Source: Clostridia bacterium (lineage in GTDB: Bacteria > Bacillota > Clostridia > DUPQ01). Taken from it: 60,700 nt of DNA. The DNA lies in NCBI GenBank assembly GCA_016935835.1, contig JAFGQE010000025.1, positions 1 through 60,700 of the forward strand, in the 5' to 3' direction. Positions 55,795-60,700 of the stretch are shown piece after piece. Position numbers and translations under genes: made by a program. Under the pieces are notes generated by a model. The model was not told the origin of the DNA. It saw nothing but the letters and a program-made list of their open reading frames with translations, and did no database searches. Numbering within the stretch: position 1 is the stretch's first letter; each line of letters begins with the position of its first letter.

Positions 55795-56741
55795 TAAATA
55801 TAATTGGCAACAGGAAATACTTCTTCATATTGTCCGGGGTGCTTGTTTTCATAGGCCTGATTTTCTTTTTCATCAACGGCGGGTTCAACTGGGACATACA
55901 GTTCGAAGGCGGAACCATAATAAAGATAGAAATGACCGACGACAACTATGACGCGGCGCAGGTCGGAAACGACCTGAGGAACCTGCTCGGGAAAAGCGTT
56001 ACGGTTCAGAAGGAGAAGACATTCAATCCTGATGACGAGGACAGGAGCCTGTCATTGCTGTCGATAAAGGTGTCCAAGGAGAACACGCTTGATAATGATG
56101 AAATCAACAGCGTCGTCGATTTTCTGATTCAGGAATACAATGTAGTTGAAGGAAGGCAACCGCAGATTCAGTCGGTGGCGCCTTCCATAGGAATAGAACT
56201 AAGGAACAAGGCGCTTCTTGCGGCAGGGTGGGCGATGCTCCTGATTGTCATATATGTAGGGATACGGTTCAGGGTGATGTCCGGTATCTCGGCGGCGTTG
56301 TTCGGGATAGTCGCGCTCATACATGACGGGCTGATCATGCTCTCAGTCTACACCGTCTTCAATATACCGGTGAACGAGGTGTTCGTCGCCGCCATTCTGA
56401 CCATCATCGGATACTCAATGAACGATACGATAGTCATATATGACAGGATAAGGGAAAACAGCGGTGCGATGCACAAGGCTGATTTCGAGACGATGGTAAA
56501 CACAAGCATAAACCAGTCGCTGCCAAGGACCATAAACACCCTTGTGACAACTCTGCTTACGATAGCGACCCTGTATGTCTTCGCATCCATATATAATGTG
56601 GAGTCGATCAGGCAGTTTTCATTTCCCCTCATCATAGGTCTTACAAGCGGCTCATACTCGTCGATATTCATAGCAACCCCGCTATGGATGATGTGGCGCA
56701 AATACAGGATCAAGAAGAAATTGCTGGAGGCAAAATCATAA
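55791..56741 (+). CDS. secF: Protein translocase subunit SecF
   Basis: FINGGFNWDIQFEGGT... and IGYSMNDTIVIYDRIREN. ATGA overlap with the secD stop. Confidence 0.92.
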   Translation: MINIIGNRKYFFILSGVLVFIGLIFFFINGGFNWDIQFEGGTIIKIEMTDDNYDAAQVGNDLRNLLGKSVTVQKEKTFNPDDEDRSLSLLSIKVSKENTLDNDEINSVVDFLIQEYNVVEGRQPQIQSVAPSIGIELRNKALLAAGWAMLLIVIYVGIRFRVMSGISAALFGIVALIHDGLIMLSVYTVFNIPVNEVFVAAILTIIGYSMNDTIVIYDRIRENSGAMHKADFETMVNTSINQSLPRTINTLVTTLLTIATLYVFASIYNVESIRQFSFPLIIGLTSGSYSSIFIATPLWMMWRKYRIKKKLLEAKS

Positions 56742-56757
56742 GTCAAAGGGGAACCGC

Positions 56758-58119
56758 ATGGATTTGTACCGGGGCATAATGAAAACGGCGGTCAATGTCA
56801 AGAGAGTTTTGACAGGCAGCGGTGCCCAGGCTGAATATACCGCATATCTTGAAAAAATCCAATACCTGCCGCCTGGGGAATTAAAAAGCCTGCAGGCGGC
56901 TTGCATATGCGGGCTTTTGAAGCACGCGGTGGAAAACATACCCTTTTATACTCAAATGAAGGGAAAGGTCGGGTTGACTCCTGAAAGCGCGTTTGAAGAC
57001 ATTAAAAAATTCCCAATACTTACCAAGGCCATGCTGATTGAAAAAAACAATGAGCTCGCCGCCGGGAACATTGTCCCTGCGGGCAGGCTGAATACAGGGG
57101 GAACGACAGGCGAAACGGCGTCGGTGCTAAAGGATAAGTACAGCATGGCGCATGCGCCCGACGAGTTCTTCAACAGGAAGATCGGAATCGAACCGGGCAG
57201 GAGCAGGCTGATACTGAAGGCCGACGAAAGGAAAAAGGCGGCCAATGAGATTGGCGGCTTTGACTACGAAATCAACAGGATTTCAAGGACGTGGCGCGTG
57301 GACCACAGGTATATGAACGATGCCAGGCTGAAGTTTCTGACGGATATACTTATAAAACAAAAGCCTGAGATCATCTGGGGAAGCAACCACGGCATATATG
57401 TGCTTGCGAAGCACCTGGAGGACAAGGGGATTACGGTGCGGCCGCCGTCAACCATCCTGTGCGGAGGCCAGATGATGCTTCCCCAGTACAGGGAAAAGAT
57501 TGAATGCGTATTCAGGGCGAAAGTTTATGACAGGTACGGCTCGGTGGAATGCGGCAACACCGCGAACCAATGCGAGGCCCGAGAAGGCTACCACTATGTC
57601 CCGACCGTACATTATATTGAGATCCTGGACGACAGCATGAATCCGGTGGGCGGGGGCGTCATGGGGAACCTCTATATAACGACACTGAACAGAAGGGCGA
57701 TGCCTATGATAAGGTACGAAACCGGGGACCTGGCGGTATATACGGAGACCCCGTGCGCATGCGGGTGCAGATTCCCGGTGATTGGGGAAATACACGGAAG
57801 GCGCAAGGAGGGAATCATTTCGCCCAGGGGAACCTACCTGTCGCTTACCCCCCTGAACACGATTATGAGGCAGAGTCCTGAAATATTGGATTTCCAGATG
57901 GTGCAGGAATCAAGGGGAAGCCTGTTGATAAGGCTGGCAACAGGAGATAATATGCCCGGGGAAGCGGCTCTTGCTAAAATCAAAAGTGATATTTGTGCCG
58001 CAATGGACTATAATATGGATATTAGATTCGAATATGCAGAAGCGATCCGGGCGCTGCCCAACGGCAAGGTGATGCGGGTCGTTCCATTGGAAAGACTTAA
58101 GGAGTTGGGGGACTACTGA
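56758..58119 (+). CDS. CapK/PaaK-like adenylate-forming ligase (coenzyme F390 synthetase-like), paralog 1
   Basis: HAVENIPFY..., FPILTKAML..., nucleotide loop NTGGTTGETASV..., YDRYGSVECG..., MPMIRYETGD..., CACGCRFPVIGEIHGR are motifs of the PaaK-type ANL subfamily. RBS AAGGGGA lies 16 nt after the secF stop. Confidence 0.75.
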   Translation: MDLYRGIMKTAVNVKRVLTGSGAQAEYTAYLEKIQYLPPGELKSLQAACICGLLKHAVENIPFYTQMKGKVGLTPESAFEDIKKFPILTKAMLIEKNNELAAGNIVPAGRLNTGGTTGETASVLKDKYSMAHAPDEFFNRKIGIEPGRSRLILKADERKKAANEIGGFDYEINRISRTWRVDHRYMNDARLKFLTDILIKQKPEIIWGSNHGIYVLAKHLEDKGITVRPPSTILCGGQMMLPQYREKIECVFRAKVYDRYGSVECGNTANQCEAREGYHYVPTVHYIEILDDSMNPVGGGVMGNLYITTLNRRAMPMIRYETGDLAVYTETPCACGCRFPVIGEIHGRRKEGIISPRGTYLSLTPLNTIMRQSPEILDFQMVQESRGSLLIRLATGDNMPGEAALAKIKSDICAAMDYNMDIRFEYAEAIRALPNGKVMRVVPLERLKELGDY

Positions 58120-58121
58120 GT

Positions 58122-59507
58122 ATGAATCCATACGAAATGCTGATGGGGGCGGCGGTCGAGGCAAAGCGGCTGCTTAAGGGGCATGCGGGCAAGGCCGGGT
58201 TCACAAGATATCTGGAAAGCATCCAGTATAAATCCAGGGATGAAATCATGGCCATACAAGCATGGGAGATGAGCGCGCTTCTAAAACATACGGTTGAAAA
58301 CATACCATATTATTCATATATGAAAGGCGGGCTCAGGCTCGAGCCGGATACCGTAAACGAGGATATAAAGGAATTCCCGGTAATGACCAAGGCCATTATA
58401 AAAGAGAATTTCGACAGGCTCCATGATGAAACTGCCAAGAACGCACGCAGATTCAAGACAGGCGGCACAAGCGGGACAAGCGCTATAATTCTCCGCGACA
58501 AGAATGAGGAAGTGCATTCCGCCGACGAATACTTCAACCGGATGGCCGGCGTCATACCAGGCAGAAGCAGGCTGATGATCAGAAGGCCTGAATCGGTATA
58601 TTTCGCGGACAACCCTTCCGATGTGGAATACAGCAGCAACATGCTCTCAAGAACCCATGGGGTAAGCCCGGCATATATGGACAAGGAACGGCTGGCCCTT
58701 CTCTATTCCCTGTATATTAAGAAGCACCCAAGGTTCATCATCGGGATAACAGACCCGGTGTACAGATTCGCACAATATATACTCGATGATAATCTCAAGA
58801 CATATGAAGCCGAGGCGGTGCTCCTGGGAGGGCAGACAATGCTCCCGAAATATAAAAAGACAATAGCCAGGGCATTCAGGACCGACAGGATTTACGACAG
58901 ATACGGGGCGACGGAATTTGGAATCCTGGGCCATCAGTGCGGGCATTCCGACGGCCTCCACTATATACCCGCAATCCATTATGTGGAAGTAGTGGACAAT
59001 GATTATAAAGATGTGGAAACGGGTGTCACGGGGCAGTTCCTTGTGACAAACCTTCACAAGCGCACGATGCCCTTAATAAGGTACAGGATAGACGACCTTG
59101 CGACAATGACCAATGAAAGCTGTGGATGCGGAAGGGGCTTCCCGCTCATCAGGCAATTCGAGGGCAGGAGGATTGAAGCCGTCGTTTCGCCAAAGCATAC
59201 ATACATGACCCCGCTGTCTTTCTATGACGCTATGGAAAACTTTGAGAATGTAGCTGATTTCGTGGCGGTCCAGACCGGCGAAAGCACTGTGACAATGAAA
59301 CTTCTGATGAAACACGGCGCGTTCACGGATCTTCAGAGGCTTGCCTTGAGGAAGGATGTCAACAGATATCTCGACTACCCGATGAAGCTCGAATTCGAAT
59401 ACATAGATTCCATCGACCCTCTTCCAAATGGCAAGGTCATGAATGTCATAGGATATGAGAACTACAAGTCGGGAATGAAGCACGAGGCGCCGTCCCATGG
59501 CGCGTAA
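58122..59507 (+). CDS. CapK/PaaK-like adenylate-forming ligase, paralog 2
   Basis: It has the same motif series: HTVENIPYY, FPVMTKAII, KTGGTSGTSAII, YDRYGATEFG, MPLIRYRIDD, CGCGRGFPLIRQFEGR. It starts 2 nt after the paralog 1 stop. Confidence 0.75.
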   Translation: MNPYEMLMGAAVEAKRLLKGHAGKAGFTRYLESIQYKSRDEIMAIQAWEMSALLKHTVENIPYYSYMKGGLRLEPDTVNEDIKEFPVMTKAIIKENFDRLHDETAKNARRFKTGGTSGTSAIILRDKNEEVHSADEYFNRMAGVIPGRSRLMIRRPESVYFADNPSDVEYSSNMLSRTHGVSPAYMDKERLALLYSLYIKKHPRFIIGITDPVYRFAQYILDDNLKTYEAEAVLLGGQTMLPKYKKTIARAFRTDRIYDRYGATEFGILGHQCGHSDGLHYIPAIHYVEVVDNDYKDVETGVTGQFLVTNLHKRTMPLIRYRIDDLATMTNESCGCGRGFPLIRQFEGRRIEAVVSPKHTYMTPLSFYDAMENFENVADFVAVQTGESTVTMKLLMKHGAFTDLQRLALRKDVNRYLDYPMKLEFEYIDSIDPLPNGKVMNVIGYENYKSGMKHEAPSHGA

Positions 59508-60700
59508 ATCCGGTTTCAATCCGGTGGCACCGCTTGTCGGCCTGTCGGTGCAGGCCAGGCGCCTGCTTACCGGGTCTTATTCCCAGACCAGATATACAAG
59601 ATACCTCGAATCAATCCAGTGGCTGCCGGAAGATGAACTGAAGAAAATCCAGGCTTCGAGACTTTGCGACCTGATGTCCCATGCCGTTTGGAAAGTGCCA
59701 TATTACAAATGCCTTAAAAGCAGGTTGAAATTGACCCCGGAATCGGCATTTGAGGATATACTTGAATTCCCTGTGGTGACAAAGGGAATTCTCGCACAGG
59801 AGCCAAAGGCATTTATAGATCCCGCCGTGCCGGTCGCCGCCAGATTGATCACAGGCGGGACCTCAAACGTGGATTTCAAGGTAATCAGGGATTCCTTTTC
59901 CGCAAATCTAAGGAATGACGAGTACTTCAACAGGATGACGGGAATATATCCGGGCAAGCGCAGGATCCTGCTGTCCTGGCACGAATCCAATTATATGTCG
60001 GCGACCAGGCCCGATATAGAATACAAGGCCAACAGATTCTCGGGAACATATCTTTTCAGGCCAACCCCTTTGACAGAAGAGGTGATTGATAAAATATACA
60101 GGACGATTGTTTTGGTAAAACCATATTTCATCAAGGGTAACATCAATGCAATCATGTCGCTGGCCATATATATCAAAAGCAACGGCCTGCCCAAGGTTGA
60201 GGTTCCGGTCATCCGGGGATACGGGTCAAGGATGATGCCGTATTACAGGGAGTTCTTCAAAGAGATATTCAACGCCGAGGTTTTTGACTCATACGGTTCG
60301 ACCGAATCCAACTACATCGCCTCTGAATGCAGTGAGCACGACGGCCTGCACTATTCGCCGTCAACCCATTTCCTGGAGAGTGTAAAACCCGATGGATCGC
60401 CGGTGAAGGAAGGCGGGACCGGAAGCATACTTATAACATCGCTGGTGCACAGGGCCATGCCCATAGTCCGGTATGAGATAGGGGACTATGTTTCATTTTC
60501 AAGTGGACGCTGCGGCTGCAAAAGGACATTCCCAAGGATAAGGCAGATCGCCGGCCGTTCCATGGAGTCGATAATGACGGATTCGGGCCCTTTCAGTATA
60601 ATGGACCTGGAGGGAATACTCAGCGGGCATGACAAGGTGATGGACTTTCAGGCGACGGAAACTGCTCCCGGCGTCATCGAACTCAGGCTTGTGTGCGGCG
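59497..60700 (+). CDS. CapK/PaaK-like adenylate-forming ligase, paralog 3 (3' end outside window; not in supplied ORF track)
   Basis: I translated frame 1 by hand from ATG 59497 to the window end (401 codons) and found no stop. The motifs are HAVWKVPYY, FPVVTKGIL, ITGGTSNVDFKV, FDSYGSTESN, MPIVRYEIGD and CGCKRTFPRIRQIAGR. The ATG overlaps the paralog 2 stop (ATGGCGCGTAA). Confidence 0.75.
   Translation, partial: MARKSGFNPVAPLVGLSVQARRLLTGSYSQTRYTRYLESIQWLPEDELKKIQASRLCDLMSHAVWKVPYYKCLKSRLKLTPESAFEDILEFPVVTKGILAQEPKAFIDPAVPVAARLITGGTSNVDFKVIRDSFSANLRNDEYFNRMTGIYPGKRRILLSWHESNYMSATRPDIEYKANRFSGTYLFRPTPLTEEVIDKIYRTIVLVKPYFIKGNINAIMSLAIYIKSNGLPKVEVPVIRGYGSRMMPYYREFFKEIFNAEVFDSYGSTESNYIASECSEHDGLHYSPSTHFLESVKPDGSPVKEGGTGSILITSLVHRAMPIVRYEIGDYVSFSSGRCGCKRTFPRIRQIAGRSMESIMTDSGPFSIMDLEGILSGHDKVMDFQATETAPGVIELRLVCG

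Overview
This 60.7-kb window looks like chromosomal DNA from a Firmicutes/Clostridia-type anaerobe. That placement is an inference from gene content and from AGGAGG-type ribosome-binding sites and TGnTATAAT promoters; I could not run any search. About 55 protein genes and 2 tRNAs are supportable. There is no rRNA, CRISPR array, transposase, integrase or obvious prophage.

A housekeeping backbone is interleaved with accessory sugar/glycopeptide-catabolism loci. The backbone is rplM-rpsI, tsaE-tsaB-rimI, uvrC, tig-clpP-clpX, uppP, tsaD, map, nfnAB-like, tRNA-Leu/tRNA-fMet, hflKC and secDF. The accessory loci are:
- GH31 plus a frameshifted PHP phosphoesterase.
- An MFS transporter, two lyase-fold proteins, a PLP C-S-lyase-family enzyme and an M42 peptidase.
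- An LplABC-type ABC importer, two GH29 fucosidases, an S51 peptidase and two uncharacterised GH-like proteins.

Candidates most worth a second look:
1. Three tandem, translationally coupled CapK/PaaK-like adenylate-forming ligase paralogs sit right after secDF. The third is missing from the ORF track because it runs off the window.
2. The signal-peptide-less lyase-fold / C-S lyase / M42 / MFS module has no recognisable pathway partners.
3. A pair of distantly related uncharacterised GH-like proteins lies in the fucosidase locus.
4. A PHP-domain gene is split by a frameshift in a G7 run.
5. An orphan Phd/YefM antitoxin is followed by a 58-aa two-TM peptide, next to an AT-rich patch.

All family assignments come from motif recognition by eye and need HMM/BLAST confirmation. 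I cannot show that any of these is a genuinely undescribed system.
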